Shown here piece by piece: positions 28,928 through 39,760 of a stretch of 64,000 nt of DNA. Position 1 is the stretch's first letter. Each line of letters starts with the position of its first letter. Below the pieces are notes generated by a model, which was not told where the DNA came from, ran no database searches, and was given only the letters and a program-made list of their open reading frames with translations. Source of the stretch: an uncultured bacterium (GTDB taxonomy: Bacteria > Omnitrophota > Omnitrophia > Omnitrophales > Aquincolibacteriaceae). The position numbers and the translations under genes are program-made. The stretch spans positions 201,680-265,679 of the forward strand of contig CAYSSX010000002.1 of the NCBI GenBank assembly GCA_964434115.1, written 5' to 3'.

Positions 28928-28948
28928 TCCCCTGATCAAGGGCTGGCC

Positions 28949-30316
28949 GTGGCAAGTTCAGAAATCTTGCAAAATTTGATGGAAAAGCTGCCTCCGCAGA
29001 ATAAAGATGCGGAGGTTTGCGTTTTAGGGGCCATGCTTTTTGAGGTTGAAGCCCTTCTCCGGGCCATGCAGATTCTCCGTCCCGCCTTTTTTTACGAAGA
29101 AAGCCATCGTAAGATTTTCACCGCGATTCAATCCCTTTTCCAAAAAAATCAACCCGTTGATCTGATTACGGTCGCTGAAGAGCTTCGCAAGCGCAATGAG
29201 CTTGAAGCCGCCGGCGGCATGAGCTATCTGACTCATTTGACCAATCAAGTTCCTACGGCGGCTCATGTTGAGCATTACGCGCATATTGTAAAAGATAAGG
29301 CTCTGACGCGGGGTTTGATCCAGGCGGCCACGCAAGTTGTGCAGCGCTGTTATGACCCGGCCAGCGAAGCAAAGCTGCTTCTCGATGAAGCCGAAAAGCT
29401 GATTTTTGATATTACCCAGAATCAAATTGAAGGAAAATTCTACGCTGTGAAGGAAATTATCCACAACAGCATGGAAACCATCGATCAGCTTTACCAGCGT
29501 AAAGAGCACATTACGGGTCTAGCGACAGGTTTTCATGAGTTTGATGTGAAGACTGCCGGGTTGCAGCCTTCGGACCTTATTATTGCGGCCGGCCGTCCCT
29601 CGATGGGGAAATCAGCCTGGGTTTCCTGTATTTGCGAACATGCGGGAATTATTCTTAAGAAGCCGGTGGCTATTTTCTCGCTCGAAATGAGCAAGGAGCA
29701 GCTTGTTCAACGAATGCTCTGCTCGCATGCTCGTGTGGATGCCCAAAAAGTGCGCACGGGATATTTGTCCCATCAGGACTGGCCGCGTCTTACCAGCGCT
29801 GCCGGAAAAATCTCTGAAGCCCCCATTTTCATCGATGATACGCCCGGTCAGTCCGTTGTCGAAATCCGTGCTAAGGCCCGGCGCATGAAAATGCAGCATG
29901 ATATTCAGCTGGTGGTGGTGGACTATTTGCAGCTGATTCGGGGATCCGGTCATACGGAAAGCCGTCAGCAGGAAATATCCGAAATTTCCCGGTCGCTTAA
30001 AGAGCTTGCGCGCGAATTGCGTGTTCCGGTGATTGCCGTGAGTCAATTGTCGCGTGCTGTGGAAAGCCGTCAGGGTAACCGCCCAATGCTTTCCGATTTG
30101 CGCGAGTCGGGTGCTATTGAGCAGGATGCAGATTTGGTAGTTTTCCTTTTTCGAGAAGAGTATTACAATCCTACAGAAGAGAATCGCAATAAAGCGGAAA
30201 GCATTATAGCTAAACAGCGTAACGGTCCAGTGGGGACCGTGGAGCTGGTGTTCCTCAAAGAGTGGACCCGTTTCGAAAACCCTGAGTTTGACCGGACCGA
30301 GGAGAAGGTGCTGTGA
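28949..30316 (+). CDS. dnaB: replicative DNA helicase DnaB
   Basis: Walker A GRPSMGKSAW, RecA-like C-domain, 455 aa; follows rplI as in many bacteria. Confidence 0.95.
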   Translation: MASSEILQNLMEKLPPQNKDAEVCVLGAMLFEVEALLRAMQILRPAFFYEESHRKIFTAIQSLFQKNQPVDLITVAEELRKRNELEAAGGMSYLTHLTNQVPTAAHVEHYAHIVKDKALTRGLIQAATQVVQRCYDPASEAKLLLDEAEKLIFDITQNQIEGKFYAVKEIIHNSMETIDQLYQRKEHITGLATGFHEFDVKTAGLQPSDLIIAAGRPSMGKSAWVSCICEHAGIILKKPVAIFSLEMSKEQLVQRMLCSHARVDAQKVRTGYLSHQDWPRLTSAAGKISEAPIFIDDTPGQSVVEIRAKARRMKMQHDIQLVVVDYLQLIRGSGHTESRQQEISEISRSLKELARELRVPVIAVSQLSRAVESRQGNRPMLSDLRESGAIEQDADLVVFLFREEYYNPTEENRNKAESIIAKQRNGPVGTVELVFLKEWTRFENPEFDRTEEKVL

Positions 30317-32748
30317 AAAAAATCCTTTGGCTCTCACTTTTCTTGTTTGCGGCGTTTGCGTTTCACATGGACTTTTGCGTTGCTGCCGATGAAAAAGGCC
30401 AGCAGTTTGAAGAAGACCTGGACCAGCTTAAAAAGGGTCTCGAAGAAATGCCTGCGCCTTCTAGTTCTGAAGAGCAGGAAAAGCCCGCAGCGGTTCCTCA
30501 AACGGCTACACCGGATGCTCCCGGTGAATCCCAAAAGCACCCTAACAATGTTGTCAGTGTCGAAATCCGCGGCAATCAAATTGTCAGCACCAACACCATT
30601 CTGAGTAAAATCCGGACACAGAGGGGGCAGCCGCTTCAACAGGATGTTGTGAATGAAGATATTAAGCGCCTTTATGCAACGGGCTATTTTCAAGATATCA
30701 AAATGGAAGTTGAAGAGCGCCCCGACGGCTACGCGCTCGCAATCGCTGTGGTTGAAAAAGCCATTATCCGGGAAATTAGAATTGAAGGTTTCAGCCGTTT
30801 TAAGGAAGACAAACTTCGCAAAGAACTGGCTGTTATAGAAGGGCAGATTCTTGACCGAAAGGCGGTAAAGCAGGGCGTTGAAGCCATCCGCAAACTTTAT
30901 GCGAATAAAGGCTATCGCTTTGTAGATATTGACTCGGAAGTGGATGTGAACGAGGAGCGCAAAGAAGCCACTGTTTATGTCAAGATCACCGAAGGAGACA
31001 AGCAAAAAATTAAAGAAGTCCGGTTTGAGGGAGTTACTGCCTTTAAGTCAAAAAAGCTTCAGAAAATGATGAAGACCAAAAAGGCTTGGTTTATCCGGTC
31101 GGGCGTTTTTAAAGAAGAGGAATTTCAGAAAGACCTCGAAAAGGTAAGGTTCCTTTATCAGCAGGAAGGATACCTGGACGTCAAGGTGCAGTCACGATTT
31201 GAGCAGGACCCGAAAGAAAATAAGATGATTGTTATTATTTCTGTTGATGAGGGTCCGAAGTATGTAACCGGAGAAATCAAGATCGAAGGAAATAAGTTAT
31301 TTCCGGAATCGGAAATATGGCAGCAGCTGGAAATGCTTCCGGGTCTTACCTACTCCCAATATTATTTGTCCCGCGATATCGAAAAAATCCGTGAATACTA
31401 CAATGACCGCGGCCATATCGACGCGCGTATTATTCCCGATGTGAAGCTTAACCGGGAGTCTGGCAAGGTGGATGTGACTTACCGCCTTGAGGAAGGAGAC
31501 CTTTACTTTGTCGACAAGGTCCTTGTCCGCGGCAATACGAAAACCCGGGATATGGTCATTCGCCGCGAGCTCCGCATCCGTCCGGGAGAACGCTTTGACG
31601 GTGAGAAGATCAGAAAATCCAAACAGCGGCTTGAGAATCTTGGATTTTTTGAAGATGTCACCTATGACACACAGCCGGCTGAAGAAGGAACTAACCGTAA
31701 AGATCTTATCTTCCGCGTGAAAGAGAAACGCACAGGTGAACTCTCCTTCGGGGGCGGTGTCAGTTCCGTGGACAGTTTTGTCGGATTTGCTGAAATCTCA
31801 CAGCGGAATTTCGACTTACTGAATTTCCCGCGGTTCACCGGCGGCGGGCAGTCGCTTTCAGTAAGAGCCCGAATAGGCACTATTACGCAGGACTATAACG
31901 TCAACTTTACCGAGCCATACCTTTTCAATAAACCCATCACGCTATCAACGGATCTTTTTAAAATTCATCGGGATAATCGCAACGTTGACTTTGATGAAGA
32001 CCGCTTAGGTGCTGGATTTACTTTGTCCCGTCTGTTCAAGGATATTTTGAGAATTGGCGGCGGATACACGCTGGAACGCGTCAAGCTTGATAATATTTCC
32101 GACGATGCCCCGGATACGGTGAGAAAATTTTCGGGTTCAAACTGGCTTTCGCGCCTTCGTTTTCTTTCATCCGTGGATACCCGTGATAATGTTTTCAATC
32201 CCACGAAGGGAACCCTTGCCACGTTAAATGCGGATCTCGTCGGAAGTTTTCTTGGCGGACAACAAGACTACTGGATTGTCCAATCCAGTTACACCAAGTA
32301 CTGGACTGTTTTCAAAAAGCACCTGGTGGAATTCCGTACCCGTCTTGGAACGTCTAAAGAGTTCGGGGATTCCGACGAAGTTCCTATTTTTGACCGGTTT
32401 TTCGCGGGAGGCCTTGGCACGGTCCGCGGTTACAACTACCGCCGTGTCGGTCCTATTGAGTCTGGCGGTGCTGTCGGCGGTCAGACCTTGGCGATTATGA
32501 ATTTGGAGTACAACTTACCCATTCCGAGGCTCGATGCCTTTAAGGCTGCCTTCTTCATTGATGCAGGGCATATTAACCCTGATTCCTTCAGGTTTTCTTT
32601 TAGTGATTTTGCGGTGAGTGTCGGTCCCGGTATTAAGGTGAAAACGCCGATTGGTCCCGTTGCGCTTTATTACGGACTGCCGATTTTCAACAAAGATACG
32701 GAAGACCGCAACGGCCGCATCGAATTCAGTTTAAGCAGAGGCTTTTAA
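30313..32748 (+). CDS. bamA: outer membrane protein assembly factor BamA (Omp85 family)
   Basis: Signal peptide, repeated POTRA-like domains, C-terminal beta-barrel ending ...SLSRGF; GTG start overlapping dnaB stop; followed by skp. Confidence 0.9.
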   Translation: MKKILWLSLFLFAAFAFHMDFCVAADEKGQQFEEDLDQLKKGLEEMPAPSSSEEQEKPAAVPQTATPDAPGESQKHPNNVVSVEIRGNQIVSTNTILSKIRTQRGQPLQQDVVNEDIKRLYATGYFQDIKMEVEERPDGYALAIAVVEKAIIREIRIEGFSRFKEDKLRKELAVIEGQILDRKAVKQGVEAIRKLYANKGYRFVDIDSEVDVNEERKEATVYVKITEGDKQKIKEVRFEGVTAFKSKKLQKMMKTKKAWFIRSGVFKEEEFQKDLEKVRFLYQQEGYLDVKVQSRFEQDPKENKMIVIISVDEGPKYVTGEIKIEGNKLFPESEIWQQLEMLPGLTYSQYYLSRDIEKIREYYNDRGHIDARIIPDVKLNRESGKVDVTYRLEEGDLYFVDKVLVRGNTKTRDMVIRRELRIRPGERFDGEKIRKSKQRLENLGFFEDVTYDTQPAEEGTNRKDLIFRVKEKRTGELSFGGGVSSVDSFVGFAEISQRNFDLLNFPRFTGGGQSLSVRARIGTITQDYNVNFTEPYLFNKPITLSTDLFKIHRDNRNVDFDEDRLGAGFTLSRLFKDILRIGGGYTLERVKLDNISDDAPDTVRKFSGSNWLSRLRFLSSVDTRDNVFNPTKGTLATLNADLVGSFLGGQQDYWIVQSSYTKYWTVFKKHLVEFRTRLGTSKEFGDSDEVPIFDRFFAGGLGTVRGYNYRRVGPIESGGAVGGQTLAIMNLEYNLPIPRLDAFKAAFFIDAGHINPDSFRFSFSDFAVSVGPGIKVKTPIGPVALYYGLPIFNKDTEDRNGRIEFSLSRGF

Positions 32749-32766
32749 ACTTCAAAGGAGATTTTC

Positions 32767-33285
32767 ATGAAAACCACCAGCCGTTCGTTCTTTTTCTTTG
32801 CTTTTTTGCTTGCGGGTTTTCTCGCGGCCTCGGCACGTCAGGCATTTGCTGAGCAGTATGCTTTCGTTGATGTTGCCAAAATTTTTGATGAGTATCAGAA
32901 AACAAAAGATAACGACGAATCGCTTAAGGCTGTCGGCAAGACTAAAGAAGATGAGCGTGAAACGATTGTAAAGGCCGTCCGCGCCCTGAAGGATGAACTC
33001 GTGCTTTTGACTGATGACGCGAAAGCAAAGAAGCAGGATGAGCTGGATGGAAAAATCCGTGAACTTCAGGACTTTGATCAGGCTGCAAAGCGCGAACTTG
33101 GCGAAAAGCGTAATAAGCTTGTTCGTGAAATCTTTCAAGATATCGATACCGTGGTTCAGAAGTACGGTGAGCGCAAAGGGTACGATATGATTTTCAATGA
33201 GCGCGCGCTGCTGTATCACAGTGCAAAAATGGATGTGACCCAGGATGTCCTGACAGAGCTCAATAAGGGCTACAAGAAAAGTTAA
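32767..33285 (+). CDS. skp: periplasmic chaperone Skp/OmpH
   Basis: Signal peptide then coiled-coil OmpH-family protein (172 aa) directly downstream of bamA. Confidence 0.85.
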   Translation: MKTTSRSFFFFAFLLAGFLAASARQAFAEQYAFVDVAKIFDEYQKTKDNDESLKAVGKTKEDERETIVKAVRALKDELVLLTDDAKAKKQDELDGKIRELQDFDQAAKRELGEKRNKLVREIFQDIDTVVQKYGERKGYDMIFNERALLYHSAKMDVTQDVLTELNKGYKKS

Positions 33286-33306
33286 AAAAGGAATTCAACA
33301 GCTCTC

Positions 33307-34608
33307 ATGGAAGCCGTCCCGTCAGCCGTCAGACAAAGAACCTTGAAGCGCGCCGTGGAGTTCCGCGGACGCGGGCTTCACACTGGCCAGGAAGTGGAGT
33401 TTCGCGTCAGCCCGGCGTCTGAAAACACAGGAATTGTTTTTTGCCGGACCGACCTTGACCCAGCTTTGAAAGTTAAGGCAAGTGTAGAGAATGTTCGAAG
33501 TGATGAGCTTCGCCAAACCGCACTTGTCGTGGGAAAAGGCGTTATTCGTACCATCGAGCACCTGATGGCAACGTTTCATGGGTTAGGCATTGATAATGCT
33601 GTGGTTGAAGTGAGCGGGGATGAAATCCCGGCCATGGATGGAAGCGCCAAAGATTTCGCCGGAACTTTTTTGCAAATCGGGCTTGAGGAGCAGGCTGCGC
33701 CGCGCAAGTGGATTGAAGTCAAAGAGCCTGTTTTTGTAGATCACGGGGACCAGAGCCTCATTCTTCTACCGGAACGCGGTCTTTCCATTTCGTATACCCT
33801 GAGCTATCGGCATCAAGATTTGCAGGATCAATTTTTGTCGATGACGATTTTGCCTGAAATCTTCGAAAGGGAGCTTGCCTCCGCCCGCACCTTTTGCCTG
33901 AAGCAGGAAGCGGAATACCTTTTGGCGCAAGGGTTTGGGAAAGGCGCCAATGTCGAAAACACGCTTGTTTTTGAGCGTAACCGGCCGCTCGAAAATACAT
34001 TGCGCTTTGAAAACGAGGCTTGCCGGCATAAAATGATGGATCTTTTAGGGGATCTTTTCTTGGCTGGCGGCTTTCTTCGCGGGCATGTTATCGCGACCCG
34101 GAGCGGGCACACCCTAAATCTTGAACTTGTGAGGAAAATTCTGATGTCACAGGAAAAACCGCTTCCGGAACTTCCGTCGACTCTGACGGTCGAACAGATT
34201 CAGCAGGTGATACCTCACCGTTACCCCTTTCTTTTTGTAGATCGTATTGAAAAACTGGAACCTGGCGTTAGGGCGGTAGGCTTCAAGCAGGTCACGATGA
34301 ATGATTATTATTTTCAAGGGCATTTTCCGGGGCATCCTGTCATGCCGGGAGTGATCATCATCGAAGCCATGGCTCAGGTGGGCGGCGTGATTATGCTGAG
34401 CAAACCTGAAAACAGAAATAAAATTGCTTATTTTATGAGTATCGACTTTGCTAAATTCCGCCATCCGGTGCAGCCCGGCGATGAGCTCCGGATGGAAGTT
34501 GAAGTCGGAAAAATCCGGGCCCGCACGGGGCAATGCACCGGGCAGGCATATGTTGGAGAAAAACTTGTATGCGAAGCACAAGTGAAATTCGCAGTCGTCG
34601 ATCGGTGA
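33307..34608 (+). CDS. lpxC: fused UDP-3-O-acyl-GlcNAc deacetylase / 3-hydroxyacyl-ACP dehydratase (LpxC-FabZ)
   Basis: N-terminal LpxC (GLHTGQEV...HTLNLELV) continuous with C-terminal FabZ hotdog (YPFLFVDRIEKLEPG...GHFPGHPVMPGVIIIEAMAQ) in one 433-aa ORF. Confidence 0.88.
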   Translation: MEAVPSAVRQRTLKRAVEFRGRGLHTGQEVEFRVSPASENTGIVFCRTDLDPALKVKASVENVRSDELRQTALVVGKGVIRTIEHLMATFHGLGIDNAVVEVSGDEIPAMDGSAKDFAGTFLQIGLEEQAAPRKWIEVKEPVFVDHGDQSLILLPERGLSISYTLSYRHQDLQDQFLSMTILPEIFERELASARTFCLKQEAEYLLAQGFGKGANVENTLVFERNRPLENTLRFENEACRHKMMDLLGDLFLAGGFLRGHVIATRSGHTLNLELVRKILMSQEKPLPELPSTLTVEQIQQVIPHRYPFLFVDRIEKLEPGVRAVGFKQVTMNDYYFQGHFPGHPVMPGVIIIEAMAQVGGVIMLSKPENRNKIAYFMSIDFAKFRHPVQPGDELRMEVEVGKIRARTGQCTGQAYVGEKLVCEAQVKFAVVDR

Positions 34609-35375
34609 TGATTCACCCGACAGCTATCGTTCATCCAGACGCGGAATTGGGCGAAGGAGTTGAAGTCGGCCCGTTTTCGATTATTGAAGGAACGGTTAAA
34701 GTAGGAGACCGTACCAAGATCGGAGCCCGCGTGTCGATCGAGGGAAATACTACGATCGGCAAGGATAATGAGTTTTTTACAGGCGCCGTGATTGGCAGCG
34801 TGACACAGGATAAAAAATTCGATGGTGGAACCAGTTTTTTAAAAATTGGAGACGGGAATAAAATCCGCGAGTACGTTACCATCAACCCGGGAACCAAGGA
34901 CGGCACCCAGACACTCATTGGGAATTACAACCTTTTGATGGCTTACAGCCATGTCGCCCATGACTGCGTCATTGGAAATCATACCGTTTTGGCCAATCAG
35001 GGAACTTTAGCCGGACATGTGATCGTGGAAGACCGTGCGATCATCGGGGGGTTAAGTGCTGTCCACCAATTTGCCAGAATTGGGACGCTTGCCATTATTG
35101 GGGGATGCTCAAAGGTTGTTCAGGATGTGCCGCCTTACATGATGGTGGATGGTCACCCTGCCCGCGCGTACGGCATTAATTCTGTGGGGATGGACCGGGC
35201 CGAAATCCCCAAAGAGGAAAAAACCTCTATGAAAAAAGCATATCGGATTGTGTTTAAATCCAAACAGACTCTTAAGAAAGCCCTCCAACAGCTGGAAGCA
35301 GAACTGCCGCCCAGCCCTTGTCTTGAAACCTTGCTTCAATTTCTGAAAAATTCGGAGCGGGGCATTTGCCGCTGA
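34608..35375 (+). CDS. lpxA: acyl-ACP--UDP-N-acetylglucosamine O-acyltransferase
   Basis: MIHPTAIVHPDAELGEGVEVGPFSII hexapeptide repeats; TGATG overlap with lpxC-fabZ stop. Confidence 0.9.
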   Translation: MIHPTAIVHPDAELGEGVEVGPFSIIEGTVKVGDRTKIGARVSIEGNTTIGKDNEFFTGAVIGSVTQDKKFDGGTSFLKIGDGNKIREYVTINPGTKDGTQTLIGNYNLLMAYSHVAHDCVIGNHTVLANQGTLAGHVIVEDRAIIGGLSAVHQFARIGTLAIIGGCSKVVQDVPPYMMVDGHPARAYGINSVGMDRAEIPKEEKTSMKKAYRIVFKSKQTLKKALQQLEAELPPSPCLETLLQFLKNSERGICR

Positions 35376-35421
35376 ACCCAGCCCTCTATTCCCCAACCCA
35401 TGTGTAAGCTGCTGGTTTGAC

Positions 35422-36231
35422 ATGCAAACAATCGGGATTATCGCAGGTAATGGACGCTTCCCGATTTTGACTGCCGAAGAGATTCACAGCGCAGGCCATC
35501 GGGTTGTCGTTTGCGGAATTGAGAAAGAAGCAGATCCATCACTCGAACAAAAAGCGGCTGTTTTTCAGTGGGTCAAAATTGGGCAGCTCCGGAAACTGCG
35601 CGATTTTTTTCTGAAAGAAAATGCCCGTCAAATTATTATGGCGGGAAAAATTGAGAAGGTCCGGCTTTTTCAGGAAAATGTCCGTCCTGATTTGGACATG
35701 GTCAAAGTGATTGCCAGGTTAAGGGATTTTAAGGACGACTCCCTGCTTGGTGCGATTTCTGATTATCTGGAAGGTGAAGGTCTGAAGCTGCTCGATTCCA
35801 CCACTTTTTTTAGAAAGTGGATGCCCGGAAAGGGCGTGTTGGGCCGCCGAAAACCCTCCCGTGAAATCATGGAAGATGTGGTGTTTGGTTTTAAGATGGC
35901 CAAAGCTATATCCGGGCTTGATATCGGCCAGACGGTTGTTGTGAAGAAAAAGGCCGTGCTTGCGGTGGAGGCCATTGAAGGCACAGACCAAGCTATCCGG
36001 CGGGCCGCAGAGCTTGGTCGTGAAAATATTGTTGTTGTGAAAGTCGCCAAGCCGAAGCAGGATATGCGTTTTGATGTCCCGGCTGTGGGATTAACGACTC
36101 TTGCAGAATTGATCAAGGCAAAAGCCTCGGCTTTTGCCTTTGAAGCAGGGAAAACACTCTTTTTGGATCAGGATGAATTTATTAAGAAAGCCGATCAGCA
36201 CAATATAGTGCTTGTCGGCTATTCAGAGTAA
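35422..36231 (+). CDS. lpxI: UDP-2,3-diacylglucosamine hydrolase, LpxI family (DUF1009)
   Basis: [18 protein letters not shown]...[15 protein letters not shown]...IIMAGKIEK pattern resembling Caulobacter LpxI; lipid A gene context. Confidence 0.7.
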   Translation: MQTIGIIAGNGRFPILTAEEIHSAGHRVVVCGIEKEADPSLEQKAAVFQWVKIGQLRKLRDFFLKENARQIIMAGKIEKVRLFQENVRPDLDMVKVIARLRDFKDDSLLGAISDYLEGEGLKLLDSTTFFRKWMPGKGVLGRRKPSREIMEDVVFGFKMAKAISGLDIGQTVVVKKKAVLAVEAIEGTDQAIRRAAELGRENIVVVKVAKPKQDMRFDVPAVGLTTLAELIKAKASAFAFEAGKTLFLDQDEFIKKADQHNIVLVGYSE

Positions 36232-36233
36232 GA

Positions 36234-37835
36234 ATGGATAGCATGAAGAAAACGGGCAGTGAAGGCCACGAAAATACAGTGCATGACCTTGAGATGACGG
36301 CTCTCTACGAGATCTCAAAAGCGATTACATTTTCCTTAAATCTTGAAGAGGTTATGACGCGTGTCATGGAAATTCTTCATGAGAAGCTTGGGATGGCTCG
36401 CGGCACGCTGACACTTTTGGATTCCAGGACCGCGGAACTTATGATTGAAGTGGCTCACGGGCTTGATCAGGAACAGATTGAGCGTGGGCGTTACCGTGTG
36501 GGGGAGGGAATTACCGGTAAAGTAGTTGCTGCGGGGGAGCCTATTGTGGTGCCCAATCTTGGCAAGGAGCCCTTATTTCTTGACCGCACAGGCGCCCGAA
36601 GCGAGATTGACCGCAACAACATTTCTTTTATTTGCGTCCCCATTAAACTCGATAAAAAAACCATCGGCGCTTTGAGCGTTGACCGCCTCTTTAAGCAGGA
36701 TATTTCTTTCGAGGAGGATGTTCGTCTCTTAACGATTATCAGTTCCATGCTTGCTCAAGCTGTCCGTATTCAGGAAATGGTCGAGAAGGAGAAAGAAACT
36801 CTTAAGAGTGAAAACTTTCTCCTCCGCAAGGAGCTCAAGAAAAAGTTTCGCGTTGAAAATATTGTCGGTGAAAGCAAGCGCATGGCCGATGTTTTTGCGT
36901 CGATTGAACTGGTTTGTCAGACACGTGCCACCGTTCTTTTGCGCGGTGAGAGCGGAACGGGTAAGGAACGAGTGGCTCACGCCGTTCACTATTTGAGTGA
37001 CCGCGCGGATGGTCCTTTTATCCGAGTCTCCTGCGCGGCGCTTCCCGACACGCTTCTTGAAAGCGAACTCTTTGGTTATGAGAAAGGCGCCTTCACGGGA
37101 GCTAATGCCAGCAAAAAAGGCCGCTTTGAAATGGCTCATGGAGGAACCCTTTTTCTTGATGAGATCGGCGACATTCCCATGACGACTCAAATTAAACTTT
37201 TGAGAGTTCTTCAAGAAAGGGAATTTGAACGGGTCGGCGGAACTCAGAGCATCCGCGTCGACATCCGTCTGATTGCCGCGACGAACAAAAATCTGGAAAA
37301 AGAAGTTCAGGCTGGAAACTTCCGGCAGGATCTTTATTACCGGTTAAACGTTATTCCTATTTTTCTTCCCACTTTGCGTGAACGGAAGGAAGATGTGCCG
37401 CTCCTTACGAATTATTTTCTTAAGAAAGCCAATGAGGATAACGGAAAGAAGGTGCAGTATATTTCCGACGAAGCCATGGAGTATTTGATGAATTACTCAT
37501 GGCCTGGAAATGTCCGTGAACTTGAGAATGCCATTGAGCGCGCAGTCGTGCTTTGTAAAGGCGACACCCTGACACCCGATCTTTTCCCTATCCCGGGCAC
37601 AAAAACACATCCGGTTTTGACCGGGATGCAGGCGCCGGAGCCTTTTAAGGACATTGAGACCCTTGAAAAAGAATCATCTTTGACCGAAGCGGTATCCAGC
37701 CTTGAAAAGAAGTTAATCGCAGACGCCATGAAGCAGGCGGGCGGCAATCAGAGGAAAGCCGCCAAAATCCTTGGAATCACCGACCGCATTTTAGGTTATA
37801 AGCTCAATCGTTATGGCCTAAAAGCAACTAGCTGA
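36234..37835 (+). CDS. sigma-54-dependent transcriptional activator with N-terminal GAF domain (NifA/NtrC class)
   Basis: GAF region, AAA+ sigma-54 interaction domain ([29 protein letters not shown]), C-terminal Fis-type HTH; immediately upstream of glnA. Confidence 0.88.
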   Translation: MDSMKKTGSEGHENTVHDLEMTALYEISKAITFSLNLEEVMTRVMEILHEKLGMARGTLTLLDSRTAELMIEVAHGLDQEQIERGRYRVGEGITGKVVAAGEPIVVPNLGKEPLFLDRTGARSEIDRNNISFICVPIKLDKKTIGALSVDRLFKQDISFEEDVRLLTIISSMLAQAVRIQEMVEKEKETLKSENFLLRKELKKKFRVENIVGESKRMADVFASIELVCQTRATVLLRGESGTGKERVAHAVHYLSDRADGPFIRVSCAALPDTLLESELFGYEKGAFTGANASKKGRFEMAHGGTLFLDEIGDIPMTTQIKLLRVLQEREFERVGGTQSIRVDIRLIAATNKNLEKEVQAGNFRQDLYYRLNVIPIFLPTLRERKEDVPLLTNYFLKKANEDNGKKVQYISDEAMEYLMNYSWPGNVRELENAIERAVVLCKGDTLTPDLFPIPGTKTHPVLTGMQAPEPFKDIETLEKESSLTEAVSSLEKKLIADAMKQAGGNQRKAAKILGITDRILGYKLNRYGLKATS

Positions 37836-37861
37836 TGTCTAAAGAAGTTTGAGAGAATTTT

Positions 37862-39355
37862 ATGTCGACGCTTGTTTCCGGAAAAGACCGGGAAGATGAA
37901 CAGTTAAAAGCTTCACGGCCTTCCACGCCGGAGGATGTAAAAAGATATATTCAGAAGCACAACATCCAAGTGGTCGATTTCAAGTTCAATGACCTTCCTG
38001 GACTTTGGCAGCATTTCTCGATACCCGCCGCAGACCTTACCGAATTTGACAAGTTAGAAAGAAGTATTTGGACCGAAGGGATTGGGTTCGACGGATCCAG
38101 CATTCGGGGGTTCAAGAAAATCCAGGAAAGCGACATGATCCTGATCCCCGACCCCGCGACAGCCGTGATGGACCCGGTTTGCCAAATCCCTACTTTGAGT
38201 ATTATTTGTGATATTTATGATCCCATCACGAAAGAGCCGTACTCCAAGGATCCTCGCTACATTGCCCGAAAAGCAGAAGAACATCTTCGTAAAAGCGGAA
38301 TTGCCGACACGAGCTACTGGGGACCCGAGGCAGAGTTTTTTGTTTTCGATGATATCCGTTTTGATCAGGGCGAGAATTTTGGATTTTATTATATCGATTC
38401 TGTTGAGGGAGATTGGAATACCGGGAAAGAGGAAAAGCCGAATCTTGGGTACAAACCGCGATATAAAGAAGGTTATTTCCCTGTTCCTCCGCATGATACG
38501 CTCCAGGATTTTCGTTCCGAGATTATGCTTACCCTTAGAAAGGTGGGGGTCCCGGTCGAAGTTCATCATCATGAAGTGGCTACCGGGGGGCAGTGCGAAA
38601 TTGATATCCGCTATGGGACACTGACCGAAATGGGCGACCACTTGCTTATGTATAAGTATGTCATCAAGAATGTTGCCCGCAAGTACAATAAAACGGTGAC
38701 CTTTATGCCGAAGCCGATTTTTAAAGATAATGGGTCGGGAATGCATGTTCATTCGAGCCTCTGGAAAGACGGGCAGCCGCTTTTTTACGACGTGAAAGGT
38801 TATGCCGGAATTAGCGACATGTGCAAATGGTATATCGGCGGGCTCCTTAAGCATGCTCATGCGGTGCTGGCCTTTGCCGCACCTACGACCAACTCTTACC
38901 GGCGCCTGGTGCCGGGGTATGAGGCCCCCGTCAATCTTTGCTATTCCGCACGTAATCGTTCGGCGGTATGCAGGATTCCCATGTACTCGAATGCACCTTC
39001 CGCGAAGCGGGTTGAGTTCAGGGCGCCTGATCCAAGCTCAAATGGTTATCTGACTTTCGCGGCAATGCTCATGGCAGGTCTTGACGGGATCCGCAACCGG
39101 ATTGACCCGGGGCCGCCCGTGGACAAAAACATTTATGATCTTTCACCCGAAGAGCGCTCTAAAATTCCAAGCGTTCCCAGCTCTTTGGAAGAGGCCCTTA
39201 TGGCACTTGAACGAGATCACGCATTTTTGCTCGAGGGCGGCGTTTTTACTAAGGATGTTATTTCTACCTGGATTCAGTACAAGAGGGAAGTGGAGATTGA
39301 GGCCATACGCCAGCGTCCTCACCCGCATGAGTTCTATCTTTATTTTGATATTTAG
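37862..39355 (+). CDS. glnA: glutamine synthetase type I
   Basis: Beta-grasp N-domain, catalytic motifs [31 protein letters not shown]; retains NIYDL (adenylylation-site-like Tyr). Confidence 0.92.
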   Translation: MSTLVSGKDREDEQLKASRPSTPEDVKRYIQKHNIQVVDFKFNDLPGLWQHFSIPAADLTEFDKLERSIWTEGIGFDGSSIRGFKKIQESDMILIPDPATAVMDPVCQIPTLSIICDIYDPITKEPYSKDPRYIARKAEEHLRKSGIADTSYWGPEAEFFVFDDIRFDQGENFGFYYIDSVEGDWNTGKEEKPNLGYKPRYKEGYFPVPPHDTLQDFRSEIMLTLRKVGVPVEVHHHEVATGGQCEIDIRYGTLTEMGDHLLMYKYVIKNVARKYNKTVTFMPKPIFKDNGSGMHVHSSLWKDGQPLFYDVKGYAGISDMCKWYIGGLLKHAHAVLAFAAPTTNSYRRLVPGYEAPVNLCYSARNRSAVCRIPMYSNAPSAKRVEFRAPDPSSNGYLTFAAMLMAGLDGIRNRIDPGPPVDKNIYDLSPEERSKIPSVPSSLEEALMALERDHAFLLEGGVFTKDVISTWIQYKREVEIEAIRQRPHPHEFYLYFDI

Positions 39356-39379
39356 CAGGCTTGAAGAAGGGGGATAAAA

Positions 39380-39760
39380 GTGAATCGCATAAAAGCAAAC
39401 GCGAATTTGTTACTCGCCCTGGTCGCTGTTTTTTTCATCTATGGAATGCCCGCAGCTGAAAGTGCAGACCTTGAAAATTCCGGGACACCCATGCGAAAAC
39501 TGCAAAGAGGTTTTTTAAATATGGCGCTTTCTCCTTGGGAGGTTGCCCATGAGCTTTCCAAGGACAAGAAAACCGACAGCGTTGTTCCGACTTGGGCTGG
39601 AGGACTTGTGCGGGGAAGCGTCTACGCTTTGGGGCGGGCAGTGACGGGTGCTTATGAACTGGTTACTTTTCCCGTTCCTTTGCCTGCGAATTATGCGCCG
39701 GTTGTTGAGCCTGAATTCGAGTGGCAGCACTTTGACTCTGAAGAGTCAGCGAAGATTTAA
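39380..39760 (+). CDS. hypothetical small exported protein (126 aa, signal peptide)
   Basis: GTG start after AAGGGGGA RBS; N-terminal hydrophobic signal sequence LLLALVAVFFIYGMPAAES; no recognisable catalytic motif; 3' end overlaps lpxB stop by 4 nt (convergent). Confidence 0.55.
   Translation: MNRIKANANLLLALVAVFFIYGMPAAESADLENSGTPMRKLQRGFLNMALSPWEVAHELSKDKKTDSVVPTWAGGLVRGSVYALGRAVTGAYELVTFPVPLPANYAPVVEPEFEWQHFDSEESAKI

Noticed and set aside
29612-31005. Two minus-strand ORFs of 223-241 aa overlapping dnaB and bamA
   Set aside because: Antisense to strongly conserved genes. No RBS or motifs.
38054-38860. 268-aa minus-strand ORF inside glnA
   Set aside because: Antisense to a highly conserved glutamine synthetase catalytic domain. 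No motifs.
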